From positions 1 to 64,000 of the forward strand of contig MU058009.1 of the NCBI GenBank assembly GCA_013265495.1: 64,000 bases of DNA, in the 5' to 3' direction. Position numbers and translations under genes: made by a program. Each line of letters begins with the position of its first letter. The first letter of the stretch is position 1. The notes beneath the pieces are model-generated. The model was not told the origin of the DNA and made no database searches. It saw only the letters and a list, made by a program, of their open reading frames with translations. This stretch comes from Vicugna vicugna (lineage: Eukaryota). Positions 23,590-38,312 of the stretch are shown one piece after another.

Positions 23590-23727
23590 TTTTTTTGTAA
23601 TTTGTTTTTGTCAGGGAGGGGAGGTAATTAGGTTTCATTTATTTTTTAACGGAGGTGCTGGGAATTGAACCCAGGACCTTGTGCACGCTAAGCACGCACT
23701 CTCCCGCTGAGCTCTACCCTCCTCCCC
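23590..23727 (-). mobile_element. tRNA-derived SINE (camelid Vic-1-like), more diverged copy
   Basis: ggaggtgctgggaattgaacccaggacc...gctgagctctaccctcctcccc; flanked by acattg(g)tttt; adjacent (TA/TG)n at ~23495-23575. Confidence 0.85.
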
Positions 23728-25079
23728 TACATTGTTTTATATGTACAATATGTGTTCCAATTAAAAATTAAGAAAAACTGACAGGTCCTTAGGAAAACTA
23801 AGGACATTCCCCCACTACATTTTGGAGCTCTGCCTGCATTCTCAGGTTTGGTTTCTAGTCACTGTTGCTGAAAGTATTTCATTAAGGCCCCTTCCTTTGG
23901 CTTTTGGGCAGTAGCACACTTTCGTCTCTGCTCCACCTCTTCTCTGGGGCAGAGGGGTGGCCGGGTCTGACCCTTGCTCTCTAGTGGACAGGGGAGCCCC
24001 ATGCTGTGCAGGGACTCAGGACAGTGCCAGCCAGCAGAGTCAGTGGCTTGTGACCTCCTCCAACCACTGGAGGACAGGGCCCGGTACCAGGCTCTGTGGC
24101 TCCACTCCAGCACAGACTGGCACGGCCTCTCACCCCATCCCCTGCCGGTGTCCTCGGCAGCCCTCCCGATGCAGCTGAGCCAAAGGATGCGAGCTGTCTG
24201 AACAGTGACCGGCAGGGCAAGCTTTGCCAGGCAGGTCTCAGCCAGGACACCGCCAGAGCGCCGTCATCATCCAACATGGGAAATACCCCAGGCTTAGGGC
24301 CCACAGACACCACCAGGCCCAGCCATGGCATTGTGCTGGGACTCAGTTTCTTAAATGAAAAGTAAGGAGTTGGGGGCTTCTGCGTCATGTGAGGTCATAG
24401 AATCGTTTCTCAGCTTTGAGTGGAACACAGAGGTGATCTAGTAATGTAGTTCTTACCTAGAATTACTCATCAGAATTGCTTGAGGTGTTTTCTTGAATAC
24501 AGAACCTGGACCGACTGATTGAGTCTCTGGGATAGGCTGGGGCATTTATCAGAGTCACACAGTGATGTGGTCATTTAGTCAAATAGCACGAGGGCTGATC
24601 TGGACGTGTGCAGGCTCTGGTACCACTCTGCCCAGCTCTGGTTCTGCCTTCCAGAAGTAACTGCTATTAGGAAAATTTCTAGTGCTTCTGGTGGTTTCTT
24701 CCAGACACTTAATTGAATAATGTACTTAAGCAACTCTTTCTTGATTTATCAAATTTTGAGGTTATCAGTTTCCCACAGTGGAAGATGAAAGGCTTAGCTG
24801 CTTTGTACTTTTCTCACTCTCCCTCCTCAATTTTTGATGTTTATATTATTATTTTCAATGTTTTTTTTTTAATCGCCTCTGGAATCCTAAATATACTGAA
24901 ACCATTAGTCCTTGTTCCATGTACTCGAGGTCGAATCACTCTGTCCAAGGTGAGTATGGTGAGAAGCCTCCAGTCTTCCCTTTCCAGCGCCTCTTCTGTC
25001 CTTTACTGTCCCCCGGCTTCTCTGTTAGCCATCCTTGTATCTTATAGCTCCCCATCAGCCCTGAGATCATGAGGGCAAG

Positions 25080-25575
25080 TCACTTACAACCGTTCTGTAC
25101 CCAGAAGGCCATTCTGGTTTTCACTTTCAGTAATCAATTACATGAGATACTTGACATTTTATTATAAAACAGGCTTTGTGTTTGATTTTTTTTTCCTTTC
25201 TCTTAATTTCTTTTTAAAAAAATTTTATTTATGTATTTATTTTACAGTATCATCGTTTTTTAAACTGAAGTATAGTTGAGATACAGTATTATATGTTACA
25301 GGTGTACAGTGTAGTGATTCACAATTTTTAAAGGTTATACTCCACTTATAGTTATAAAATATTGGTTATATTCCCCATATTGTACAGTACATCCTTGTAG
25401 CTTATTTTGTGGCTTTGCGTTCGATGACTTTGCCCAGCTGTAGGCTAATGTGTTCTGAGCACGTTTAAGGTAGGCGAGGCCCAGTTATGATGTTCTGTAG
25501 CTTAGGTGTAGTAAATGCATTTATGACTCACAATGGGTTTATGAGCCCGTAACGCCCTCACGAGTTGAGAAAGAG
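25080..25575 (-). mobile_element. MER82-like Tigger fragment split by an L1 3'-end insertion (25187-25410)
   Basis: ttgcccagctgtaggctaatgtgttctgagcacgtttaaggtaggc matches MER82; the L1 insert is flanked by a 15-bp TSD ggctttg(t/c)gtt(t/c)gat at 25172-25186 and 25411-25425. Confidence 0.7.
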
Positions 25576-28376
25576 CGGTTCTGTTTGTGAAATTAGGTAG
25601 TCACTTAGTTTTAATAGTGTGTTATATGATAGTTTCTTCCCTCCTGTAACATTGTTTCCAGAACACTTGTTCCTGCCCCTCCAGATTGGACAGCTGATTC
25701 TTGAGGCCCCCTCTTAACTCTCAACTTGACTTCCCCTCCACAGCTTTCTTGGATGAGAGCCACTATTTTCTGGATGCTGTGTCTTTTTCTTTCTTATTTT
25801 ACTCTCTCATTTAGCTGAAGTGCTTTCTTAAGGACTTCCTCAGAAAGCATACATGAGAGGTAAACTTTGAGTCCTTTCCTTTGCCCTCCCTTTTTATATA
25901 TATATACATATATATATTTTTTTATTGAAGTACAGTCATTTTACAATGTTGTATCAGTTTCTGGTGTACAGCACAAATACTTGAGTCACACAGGAACATG
26001 CAAACATTCATTCTCACGTACTTCTTCACCACAGTTTACTACAAGATATTGAATATGGTTCCCTTTGCTCTACAGTTGCCCTTGCTTTCAGTTGATGGTT
26101 TGACTGAACACAGAATTTAAATTTCTTTTCCCTTCAAACATTAAGGGCATCTGCCTGTTGACTTAAAGCATCCACTGTTGCTAATAAGATATCTGATGCC
26201 AGTTCAGTTCTCATTTCTCTGACTTCATTTTTGCTTTGTTAGTTTCCTTCTCTGGAAGCGTATAGGATGCCCTCTTCATCCTTAGTCTACTGAAGTTTTG
26301 TAAGGCTGTTACTAGGCTGGAATTTTTTTTTTTTCACTCACGCCTCTAGGCACTTTTGGACCCTTTCAATTTAAAGTCTTACATCAGCCTTCAACTCTGA
26401 GCGTTTTTCAATTATTTCTTTGATACCTTCCTTTTCTCGGTTTGTTTCCTCCTACTGGAAATCGTGTTAATTGTTAGACTTTCTAGGGTGATCCCAGGTG
26501 CTGCTTCTGTTTTCTCACTTTTCCCCTCTCTGTCTTGTCTTTCTATGATCTGTCTTGTTGTCTTGACATTGTCCTCCAGACCTTCCAGGGAAGGTTTTAA
26601 TTTGGGAGCCACATTTAGCTTCCTTCCTTCTGGTCCTCTGATTATTTCATTTTCATAGCATCTTGCTCTTGCTTCACAGAGGCCAAATTGGGTTGACTTT
26701 CTCTGAGACACTAATTAGAATTGTTTTAAAAATTATCTCCTGACCCTTAAATGATCCCATTTCTTCTGGGATCTGGTTCTGGTTGTTTATTTTGGTCATT
26801 CTTTTTCAGGCTGCTCGTTTTCCCCTAATGTCTGGTGAATGTTGGTTCATTTGTTTTTTAAAATGAAGCACCAGGCTGAAGGTCTAGCGAGCTGATAGGT
26901 AGGTCTAGCCCCACAGTAGGCCCTGGTGGACAGGTAGCCGCCGGGTGCCGTGCAGACAGGGAGCAGGCTGGTCAGCCGACTGGCCTCGCCTGAGTGTGTG
27001 GTTTGCCCAGCTCTCCGGAGGCACCGGCCGACTCTGCAGCCTGCATGTGCTCCAGTCCACCAGAGCTCACGGGCCGCATCTGCCTGCTTCCTTTTGTATG
27101 GCCCGAAAGATGGGAATAGATTTTTCATTTTTAGAGGCTTATTTAAAAAAAAAAATTAAGAAGCATACAATAACGAGACTATATGTAGCCGGCAGTGCCT
27201 AAAACATTTACTGTCAAATTTGTGCAGAAGAGTTTGCCTACCCCTGCTCCAGTCCAAGGGTTCATATCCCTGGATCACAGCCCTCTGTTTTCATCTGCAT
27301 TAAGTGTTGCCCCTAGGTTCAGGGTCGGGCAGTGGATGGAGCCGACTGGTACATTTCTTCTCCAGAGGGACCCTGTGGTTGGTCCTAGTTTCCAGCTTTG
27401 TTTCCCATCCTGTCCTCTGTCCCTGCTTGTTTGGAGCCCACATCCTCTTCTGGGTTCCCATGGTGATGCTGGTGGTCACCTCCATGTAGCCCACTGGATG
27501 CTCCAAGTCGCAGCTCCCTTCACTGCGGTCTTATCCACTCACACCCTGCCTTCCACTTTCTAACTTCAGGAAATGAATTGCAATCTCTTGTTCTCTGCTG
27601 TCTCCCCAGTCTTGTTCCCGTCACTGTTGTGGATTTGTTCCCCTCTGTCCTTCATTACTGCCACTGCAGTGGGTTTTTGGAACGGTCTGAGAGTTGCTGT
27701 TAAATAGGGGTCGGGGGCCTTCCACTTACGTGTGGATGTGCTGGCCGGGCTTTGTAGGTGTAGGTAGCTTAGACCATAGGGAAGTTACCCCACTGAGGCC
27801 AGACCCAGATGGAGCCGGTGTTGCTGAGCTGAGACAGACCCCTCGTTTCTCCCAAACTCCCCTGCACAGAGAGGGTGCTGGGTGCTCATGTGCAGTGGGT
27901 GGGCTGTAAGCCAGGTAAGGCCAGAGCCGCGGTGGTACAACCTGTGTCCCTCTGACCTAGCATTTCTACCTTCAGGATCTGACTCAAATAATCACTCATA
28001 CATGTGCACAAAGAGGGGCAAGAATGTTCATTACAGCATTATTTGTGATAGAAAAAATGAAAAATAAAGACAAAAACAGTCTAAGGGACTCTGTGTGTGT
28101 AGAGAAGGGGGAAGGTGTAGTGTGTGCATAGCATGGGCTACTGCACAGCTGTTCCAAAGGAGGGTCTGCGTGGACTGTCGTGGGGGGGGTCTCTGAGGTC
28201 CCAGGTAACCCGTAAAGGGTCCTCCCTCTTGTGCTAAAAAAACAGACCTGTATGTAGATATGTTCACATTTAATGTAAATTCATTAAAGAAAAGACTGAA
28301 ATCCTGAGCACCCAACTATTATTAGCTGGGGGGTTAGACTTCTGAATTATTTTGAGAGTATCCTCATGTGATACAT

Positions 28377-28398
28377 GATAGATAGATAGATAGATAGT

Positions 28399-28452
<54 letters not shown>
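28377..28452 (+). repeat. (GATA)n tetranucleotide microsatellite, ~19 units with one GTTA interruption
   Basis: Read directly from the sequence. Confidence 0.95.
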
Positions 28453-31400
28453 TCTTTTAGGATATCAACCTCATCACCAAACAAACAAAACAAAGAAGCA
28501 GATCAAAAGATTAGCCTGAACTGGGGCCTCTGGCTGCTTCCTTACTGCACAGCCTGAATGCGTGGGGCTTGTCAGTTCACCAGCAAGTACTGCGTACCCC
28601 CCAGATACGTGGACCCCAAACTGGAGGTTTACACCTGCCTGCAGAGACATGCCTGTGAGATGCCGATGAAGAGTGCCTGGCCGCGGCGGGTGCTGCTGGG
28701 AGCTAGTGAGGTGGAGTGTGCACACCTGGACACGGGGTGGTAGAGGGGTGTTCCAGGTGAGGGCAGCAGTGTGGACAGAGCTGTGGAGTGGGCTCCTGGC
28801 ATTACCTGGGCGTTGAAATGGGGCTTCACTAATGGGGCAGGGGAAAGATGAGGGAGCCCACAGGGGTCTCCATCGGTTGAAGACACCTAAAGATGGCCAA
28901 TTTCTGTCTACCTTTCTCTCTGGTGCTTCAGAGCTTTCAAAACCAACGAGCTGGGGCCCCTCTGGGGCTTGGAAGGACAGTGGAATAACGACAGGCAGAC
29001 ACTTTAAGGTGGAAATGTCCCTGCCACACGAGTGAAATTCTTGACCCAGAATCTGGGTCCTGCCCCCCTCGGCTGTCTGATTGTCCCGTGCCCTCCTGCT
29101 GCTGCCACCTCAGCTCCGAGAGCCCTTGAGTCCTGCCTCCTCTGTGCCCCCGTCTCCTCCATCACCAGCTGGGAGCAGAGGTCCCTGTTGAGTTCTCCCT
29201 TTAAACGTGTGGCTTTCAGGAGGCCAGGAAAAGGTGTTGCATTCAGAGCTTGTTCGGAAGTGAATGGATCCTGAGCTAGTGAGATGTAGCCGCCACCACA
29301 AGACTAGTGTGTCCTCTCTTTCTCCTTTTGTTTATCTGTTTCTCTTTCTCTCATTCTCTCTCAGAGACGAGACAAAGTCCCAAGACTCTGTGGCAGTCTT
29401 AAGGCTCCAGTCAGCGGGAAGCCAGTTAACTCAGGACCAGTGGGTGAAGGCAGATTAGCAGCAGGGTAGCTGGTTCCACTTCAGTGTTTGGCTCCAGCCT
29501 GTGGCAGCCTGGTTCTGATCCATAGTGAGCGGTGGCCCAGAATTCCAATTGTCCTGGCCCCCCAGGAGGGGAGGTATCCTCTCCCAGTGGGCTCCTCCTC
29601 CCTTGCCGCCGACACACACAGGATGGCGGGCACGTCGGTGTTGCTCTGAGACCTGGCACCTGTGCTCCTTTCAGAGTGAAGTAAGGAGATACCTTTAGAC
29701 GGGAAGTGGAGAGACAGGCCATATTTTGGGCCTCCTAAGTGTTCAGTCTAATATCTCTTCTAGTCTGGTCTGCTTGACCCCAGAACAGTTTATTCTGCTT
29801 GTGGGGATGGGGGTCTCGCAGCTCTAAGGCCAGGACTGTCAGCCAGGAGCCTCGTTATCTCATTAGATGTCACTCTCATCCTTTTGTTCAGATGGAACTT
29901 TGTGGAGAGCGGTGCACCACATAGCCAGCCAGCAGGGGCAGTTCCCATCCCTAGAGGACCACCTTCTATATGAGTAACCCCTGGGCGGGGCTGCTGCATT
30001 CAGAGTTACCACCGGGCTGTCAGTTTCTGGGCCCGAGAGGACTGAGGAGAGACAGGGAAGGAGCCTGTCAGGTCCAAGGTCTTGCTAAAATCAGCATGTG
30101 CCTCTCCGCTGTCTCCAGGGGCATCCCTTTGCTTTCATTGAGACAGGTAATTAGCGGTTTGGAGGTTTGCTGTGGGGCATTGGAGGCTTCCAGCAGGATC
30201 CCGACCGTGCCCTGCAGCCCCATTTATCCTTGATCTGGAGGTCTCTTCAGGCCTCACTTGAGTACTTCCAGCTTCCCGCAGCGTGGGACTGTGGATGCCA
30301 CGCCCTGGCCTCCTCTCCAGCCTCTGGCCTGCCCTCGCTGGTCACCAGGGCTGAGGAGGGTGTCCAGCCAGCCAGGGGAGATTCCCCAAGAAGAGGAAGG
30401 AAAATGCGAGTCCCATGAGACCCTCCGCCAGCCTCCCCCCTTGCCAGCCTCCTCTGAGTGCCGTGATGGGCTGCCCTACCAGCCTGGGTCTCGCAGCCCG
30501 TCCCCCGCATGGCTCTGCTTAGCCTCTGTGGACGGTGGAGGGAGTAGGGTGGCTTCCCACTCCAATCATGCTTTGCTGTCGCTTCTTCCCTGCTCCCCTG
30601 GGACTACACATCTGGGTCAAATAAGTTGAAACTGGCTCATCGTAATGAAGGGAGAGCAAAAGCCACAGGCCGAGCCGTGGAAATGACCTCATCATGCAGA
30701 AGTCCTCAGCGACGGCTGGAAACAGTCTTGTTTGAACATGTGTATGGGAAGCTGAGCAGACTGTCTGTGGTTTGCATTTTCATGTTTCATGTGCAACAGC
30801 ATTTTCCTGGGGATTTGGCTAAGCTAGCTTTGGCAGACAGCAAGAAAGGCAGCTGCTCTTTCCTCTCCACAGCCCTGCCTCTCGCCTCTGGAGGCAATTG
30901 GGCTTTCGTGTCTGGAGTAGGGGGGAGTGGGGGGAACAGAGCTGGCTTCATTTACTGGAGAAGGGTTTCAGAAGACCTTATGAAGGGTCTTGACGGGCAG
31001 GACCGAGCCGTGTGCTAGCCAGCGGCACATCAGCCCTGCGCTTTGGAGGGAGGGACCAGGTGTGGACAGGGCGGCTGCTCATCTGTGGTGTGTTGGTGTG
31101 ACCATTCCTACCTCCAGAACATCCCTGTAGAGAAAGAGCTGCTGCCCCAAGCCCCACAAAGGCTGCCACCGCCCCACCCCAGGCTGCCTGCCCCACGATC
31201 CCGCACTGTTGGATTTGGTGGGGGCAGGGCGGTTGGTACCACACGCCATCGTCAGTACAACAGCCATCGTTCCTTGTTGTGAGAGGCTTGTCTTCTCCCC
31301 TCTGTGCACCCCTCCCGAGCCTGTCCCAGCCCACGTCTGGCTGCAGCGTACTCCGTGCTGCCGCTCCTCAGACAGCCCTCCAGCGCTGAGAGCAGCGGGC

Positions 31401-32899
31401 CTCTACTTCCTGCGCTCCCAGGGGCATCACAGCAAGCATCGTGTTGGCCTCTGCTCGCTCTGGCATCCTCCCGGACCTTTCAGCCTACAACTCTCGTTGC
31501 TCTGGCACCTCATTGTGCTCTTTGGTTTTGCTGATGGCTGTTTATGTGTCTCTGGGAGGGGCTGAAACTAATCATGTTCCTCCTATCTGATAGAGTTGCT
31601 TTTTGGAGGATATGGCTACAGCACAGGTTTCTTAGGGAAAGGCCTGAAAGAGGATGGCTCTGTGGCATGGGAAACTGTTGAGGAGTCAGGTGCAAATCTC
31701 AGCTCAACCACTTACTGTGTGACCTTGGGTAAATTACTTAACCTCTCTGGGCTTCAGTTTTAAGGGGCGGCTTGTTTTCAGTGTATTTGTTATGTAAGTG
31801 ATCCATATTTATTTTAGAAAACGTAATAAACACCCCCCAAAAAACTAACTTAATAAAAATTGTAGTCACAAAGAACTTCACTACCCAGAGATAAGGTCAC
31901 AACATCTTGAAATATGTCCTGAATTTTGGACTTTTTTCTGTGTGTGCTCATGTGTATGCATTTGTACATGCATATACTCTTTTAACAATGAAATGGCATA
32001 ATACATATTCTGTTCTACATACCATATTAGGGCCCATGTGTGGCAGGTGCTGTTTTAGGCATAGCACACCCGCCGTACAAAACACAGCCTCTGCTTTCAA
32101 GAAGCTTACGTCCAGTTGGAGGAGATGAACCATAAATAACAAATAAATAGGTCAAGTGGCAATAAACAGCTGAGAAAGGAGACAGAAGGACAGGGAGCTA
32201 GGCCTCCAGTTAAAAGGGGGCAGTTCAAGTGCTCGCGCACTTCCTTTTAAAACCACTGCTAAAAATGACATGAAAGGAATTACCTTCAAATAAAATGACC
32301 CCGTAAAGACTAGAGGAAGGGAGAGGAGACAAAGCGAGGAAGCGAAGGGAGGAGGAGGGACTGGCTTGGCAGGTCTGAGGTGGGGAACCTGAGCTGGCAG
32401 AGAGGAATCTGAGCCTAAATCCCCTTTGCCACGTCACAGGACTGGAGGCTGCTTTTGCAGAGATGTGGTCCCTGGAGAGGTTAAATCAGAGGGTCTGGAG
32501 ATTCCAGGTGCAGGTAAAGGTGGGGCCACGGTGCTGAAACGTAGGGGCCTAAGTGGAGGTTCACACCGTCAGTGTTGAGCTGACTCTGTGCCCGCCCCCC
32601 GCCCACCTGCTTGTCTTCCTCATCACTCGAATGCAGTCCACCAGCCTCATCCCTTCACATATGATATGACAGAGCCCTCTGTGGGGAATCTGACCAGCCC
32701 AAGGGAAAAGCCATAAGCTCTTGGGGGCTCCGTCACGCAGAGGAGTAGCCTGACCATCCTAGAATGAAGCTCTAGGTGAGCACCCCTCTGTCCATAAGCT
32801 TCCTGTCAGCGTCTTACTGCTGTATTCGTGCATGTGACAGGGGACAGGCCAGGTAGCCAGGCTTTTGAGCAGAGTCTCAGTTGAACAATGAAAGGACCA

Positions 32900-34740
32900 G
32901 AAAAAGGAAGGAAGGAAAAGAAAGAGACTTGGAGGAGATAGAAACCATGCAGGGAGAAGAAATTTTCAAAGACTGTCATTAATCTCAGAGAGAAATTATA
33001 ATACGTGCAAAAGGACAAGATACTATCCATAAGGACTTTTTTTCAGAGCTCTTGGAAATTAAAAATATAGCAGAAGTGAAAAATTCAATAGAAGAGTAGA
33101 AGATGAAGACAGATTCCTGCAAAGTATAGCAGAAAGTCATAGATAGAAAATGGGAGAGAGAAGAAAACTGGAAAGTGAACTGAAGAAGTTACATATCCAA
33201 ATAGTGTTCCAGAAAAAAAGGGCAGAGAGAATGGGGAAGAAAATGATCAAAGAAATAAGAGTCTCAAGGCTGAAGAACATGATTTTCAAGATAGAAAGGA
33301 CCCAACAGTTACCCAGCATGATGGATAAAAATAAACCCACTCCAAGATGCATAAACACAATCAGGACATGGGGGACAGCAAGAAAAAAACAGGCCAGCAC
33401 AAGAGTTTGGGGATCAGAATGACCTCAGACTTCTTAAGAGCAGCATTACAATCTGGAAGGTCATAGAGCAGTGCTTTCAGACTTTGGGGGTCATTGCTTT
33501 CCATCCTAGAACTCTTTAACCAAGCTCCTAATTAAGTGCAACAGTAGAACAAAGACGTTTTCAGATGTTTCAAGTCTCTAAATGTATCTCCCTTGGGTCA
33601 TATCTCCAGAAGTATCTTGAGTTTGTACTTCAGTGCTGTTGGTTCTTGGTGTGTGGTCCCTCGGCCAGTGGCAGCGGCTGCATCTGGGAACTTGTTAGAA
33701 ATGCACTTCCAGGGCTTTACTCCAGACATCCTGAGTCAGGTGGTTCTGACGCATGCTAAAGTTTGAGAACCATGGGTCTAGCAAAATAAAGACATAAATG
33801 TGAAAGAGGAAGATAGTGGATCCAGGAAACGAGGTACCCAGCACAAGAGAGAGGGAGCGGGACCATCCAGGATGACAGGGCCCGGAGCCCCGGGGCACAG
33901 TTCCGCACAGGGCACCTGCTGGCGCAGGTCAGAGGCTCTGTGAACATACCATTGCTCTCGTGCCTGATGAGTTTCAGGACATCCAGAGGAGACTTTTTTT
34001 ATAAAATGGGAAGTGGATGTGGGGATGAATTAGTGACAGGTTTATAGAAAAGTAAACAAAAAAATATATACTACCTTGGTAAACCAACAATTGTGCTAAA
34101 AAGGAAAAATAGTCCTAGTGTACTTTTCAGCAGTAGATAGCATTTACGTCATCAGAATGGTGTTGATGTTGAATATGAATTTATTCAAAATTGTGATCTG
34201 GTTGTGTTGGGAGGGTAGGGGTAGAAAGAGCACACTGTGTGTGTGTGTGTGTATGTATGTACAGATGTACGTACGTACATACTCGTGCTCAGGCTCTTTT
34301 GGTAGAGAGCTGGTAAAAAAAACCCTAAATCGTTATCTTCCAATGAGTAATGATAAAACTGAAAAATCAAGGCGGAACAAGATACAAAAATGTTTGTCAT
34401 TTGGAACTCTGGCAGTGCAGAACCAAAGAAATGGCTGAAAGAGTTGAAAATGGTGCTCAGTTGAAGGAGCAGGGAACATTTTAAAAGCACCTTCATTTCA
34501 CCTTTAACCTATGTGCAAACACACCCTAAACTAAAAATAACAGCAAAGTTTGAAAAAGTATGACAGGTAGGAGGCTTTACAAGGCATGTCAGGGAAGCTC
34601 TCTCAATAGATTGTGAACATTTTTGAGGGACGGGTTTTGGAGTTTTTAATTTTAAGTATGTCAGCAGGTAAAAAATTAATAAAAAATAAAAATAAATAAA
34701 AAATTTAAAAATTAAAAAAAATGCTTTCTAAAAAAAAAAG
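32900..34740 (+). mobile_element. Degenerate old L1 fragments (sense) with a nested MER5A (~33630-33775)
   Basis: A-rich ORF1-like relic (gatagaaaggacccaacagttacccagc; atcagaatgacctcagacttct); MER5A motif catctgggaacttgttagaaatgca...aagtttgagaacca. Confidence 0.6.
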
Positions 34741-37700
34741 CGAGCAAGAGGGGAGGGTCAGGAAGTTCTTGGTGTTTCTCCAGCCACAGAGAAAAGCTTC
34801 TGGGCTGGGAGGTGCCAAGTACTTCTTACCCTGGGTGGGTGGCCCCTTAGGTCAACTTGCTGCCTGGCTTGTTACGGAGAGGGCACCAGGCGGGCCTGCT
34901 GACCGCATGGCTGGACCCCAGTCCTGAGCCTCAGCTTCGTGGGTGACGTGGGGATCATAGCAATACCCGCCCGCCTCACGCTGCAGGTGGAGAGTGAGTG
35001 AGTTACTACACGTACAGGGTTTAGAACAGTGCCCAGCACATCTGCTAGCCATTAGCTCCCAGGGTCCAGAGGGTACTGACACCTTTTTTTTTTTTAACTT
35101 TATATTTTGAAAAAAAACTTTCAGCCTTATAGAAATGTTGTAAGAACAGTACAAAGAACTCCCTTAAAAAGCCTTCACTTCTTGTTAACATTTGGCGTCC
35201 TTTCCTTTTTCTCTCTCCCCATCTACATGTAATAATAATAATATTTTGTTACTATTGTTACTGAAAGGTAAGTTGCAGACATCATAACCCCCATTGCTAA
35301 GCACGTCCTAGGAACCAGAGTAAAATGATCAATTTTAGGAACTTTCATATTTATATAAAACTATTATTTAATGTGGAGAGCATTATTAAATTTTACCAGT
35401 GTTTCAATACCATCTTTCAAGCAGGACCCTCACCCCCCAGTCTCCGCTGGCCTCCCCCATCCTGGATCCAGCCCCGTCTCTGGTGTCCTTTAACCTGGAG
35501 TAGTCCCTCAGCCGTGTCTGTGACACTTTTGAAGAGTTGTGAAGCTACTTGTTGTGCAGAAGTCGGTGTGGGAGGCGGATGTCTCTTCATGATTGGATTT
35601 GGGTTATGCCTTTTGGCCGGTGCACCGTGGCACGTCCCAGGAGGCACGTGATGTCAGTTCATCCCATGAGTAGTGATGTTAACTCCGGTCACTTTGTGTC
35701 TCCCCTCTGTTATTAATAAGTAATCTCTAGGGAGATATTTTTGAGGCCCTGCATGGATATCCTGTTCCCCAACATATTTTCACCCGATAATTTGAGCACT
35801 TACTGGGCATTGACTCCCTTGTGAAGCGCAGTTGCAGGTCATTTAAATAAACACCAGTGTTTGCTTTTGGCTGCCAGTGAGAGCATTGGGAAATATATTG
35901 ACTTTTTTTTCAGAGGTTTTATTCCCATTTGGGACAAAAGCCTCTTCCTTCTTGGGCTTAAAGTCTAAAAAGTCCAGATTCATTTGTTCAGTAAATATTT
36001 GTTGAGGGCTTACTGGATACCATGTGCTATTCCTGTCCTCCTGGAAGGTACATCTAATGGGGGAATCAGACAGTAACTGTCCACTCCATTGTGAAGTAAT
36101 GATGAGTGAAGGAGATGGCGTGATGGGGCTGTCAGGAGCTCTGAGGAGCTGACCTTTGGACAGAGACCTGAATGAAGGAGACAGCAACCATGACTCAGGT
36201 GGGAGGCTGGCCTGGCCCTGGAGTAGCTGGTGCGAGGCCGAGGTGGGCATGTGCTTGATGTGAGTGAGGGGGCGTGTTGGGAGGTCGCTGTGGCTGGAGC
36301 AGAGAGGTCCAAGGGGAGAATGGCGATCAGTGAAGTTGGGGGAGGTCTGGTGCAAGATTGCAGGGGCAGCCCCTCAGGAGGGGACTGTCCCAGCCGGGCG
36401 GGCCCTGATGCTGCAAGCTCCTGGCTAGGGCTTTGTGGTCTGCCGAGGCCGGGCCGGGGAGTGACGGGCTCTGACGGGGCTCAGGGTGCAGCAAGGGGTT
36501 TCTCCTCCGGGCAGGGTTTCTCTGGAAGTGAAGAAGGTCAGCAGGAAGTGAGCAGTTGGAAAGTAGCCTTTTTTATTTATCCCTGCTGCTGTGGGGTGGG
36601 TGGGAGGGGCTGGCCTTGTGAGGGGCCTGTTTCCCCGCGGGTGGCTGGGGCGGGCTTTGACCAGCCTTGGCGAGCGGGCATCCCACAGGCCCAGCGGCTC
36701 TCTGCCCAGAGCAGCCAGGGAGCCCAGGCCGTGAGCCCAGGGCTGGGTGTGCGTGGCCAGTAGGCCAGGCTCTCCTCTGGCGTCCGCTCTGCCATGATCC
36801 CTGCCATCTCCCCCACACCAGTGCTCAGGGCTTTTGTCCCTGCCACCCTGCCCAGGCAACACAGCGACACAGAAAGAGTAAGAGCCAGCATTTGGGGAGC
36901 AATTTTCCATGTGTGTTTGGGGCGGGGTACTTTTTAAAGGCTTCCTGCCTGCTGCTCATTAGCTCCTCATGTGCCCAAGGTCACACAGGCAGGATTTGAA
37001 CCCAGGCTGATTAGGGCTGGAATCTCCATCCGTCCTCCACCAGGCTTCACTGCAGATCCCATGGGATTTCTTAGGGGCCACTGCAGAGGCCAAGGCAGTG
37101 ACATTCCATCTATTTCAGGCAGTTTCCTGCCTCCTGAGCTCTTGGTGTGCTTGACCTCTGACCTCTGGCCTGTGACCCTGGGCTGTTAGAGAGTGGTGGG
37201 GTGAGAAGTGGCCAGAGGGTTGTGAGGAGGCCTTGGTGCCTCCCTTTCCGAGTCAGATCCAGAGATTCCCAGGAAGTGGGGTGACATTTATTTAGCTCCT
37301 CTGGTGGTTCAGATGACACATTTTGTTTAACGTCAACAACTCTTTGGGTTAGATTTTTATGACCACCTTTAACAGATGAGGAAGCTGACTCAGAAGTTAA
37401 AATAACAGACCCAAGGTGGCACAGCCCAGAAGGGGCAAGCCGCACATCCGCCCACATTTCCTCGTGCTGCTTCACCTGCCAGAGCGGGTGAACACCCACC
37501 AGATGTCGTGTGCTTGGCGTCCACCTCTGGACGCCCCCACCGGCTGCTGGAAGACGGCCCTGGGCCTTTAGGCCGGGGTGGAAAGAGCAGAGGCTGCAGG
37601 TGGGGAGGCTGTGGTCCAGTGCTGCCTCTGCCCCGTCCCGCGGCGTGCTGTGGGAAAAGTCTTGAACCCTGTGACCTCTTTTCACACTCACCTGCGAAAC

Positions 37701-38099
37701 GAGCATTAAAATCACCTGTGTCCTTGGACCAACTGCAAGTCTGGGTTAGTGGTTCTGAGCTGGGTCTCGAGGTGTGTAGGCAAACCTGAGAATTTCCCAG
37801 AGTGTTAAAAAGCCCTTGCTCACTGCCCCCCTCTCTCTGGAGGGCACCTCTGAATCCAGAGTCAGGGAGGACGTGGGTCTTTCGAAAACATCCCGACTGG
37901 TTTTAAGACACCGTTTTCCTGTCCTCCTTTCAGGATCTATGTGGAAGCACTGCACAGAAGTACTAGAGTAGTGGTGACAGCTGTAGCAGATGTTGCTGGA
38001 AATTGGGAAAGGGACTTAACCAGAACCGGGTGGTGTTGGATCAGGACCCTCGCCTGGAGGCTGTTTAGGAAAAACTACCTGGTTTCCTGCTGATGAAAA

Positions 38100-38312
38100 C
38101 AGTGGTTCTCGACCAGGGGCAGTTTGGGTTTATCCCCCAGGGGACAGTTGGCAGTGTCTGGAGGCACTTATGGTTGTCACAACTGGAGAGAGGGTTTAAC
38201 GAGCCTTCTAGTGGGAGCCTGTGATGCTGCTAACTCTCCTGCAACACGCAGGACCGCCCCCACAACACAAATGTTGACACGATGTCGATGGTGCCAAGGC
38301 TGAGAAACCAGG
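38100..38312 (+). mobile_element. MER20 DNA transposon
   Basis: cagtggttctcgaccaggggcagttt...ggcagtgtctggaggcacttatggttgtcacaactgg...gtgccaaggctgagaaacc. Confidence 0.8.
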
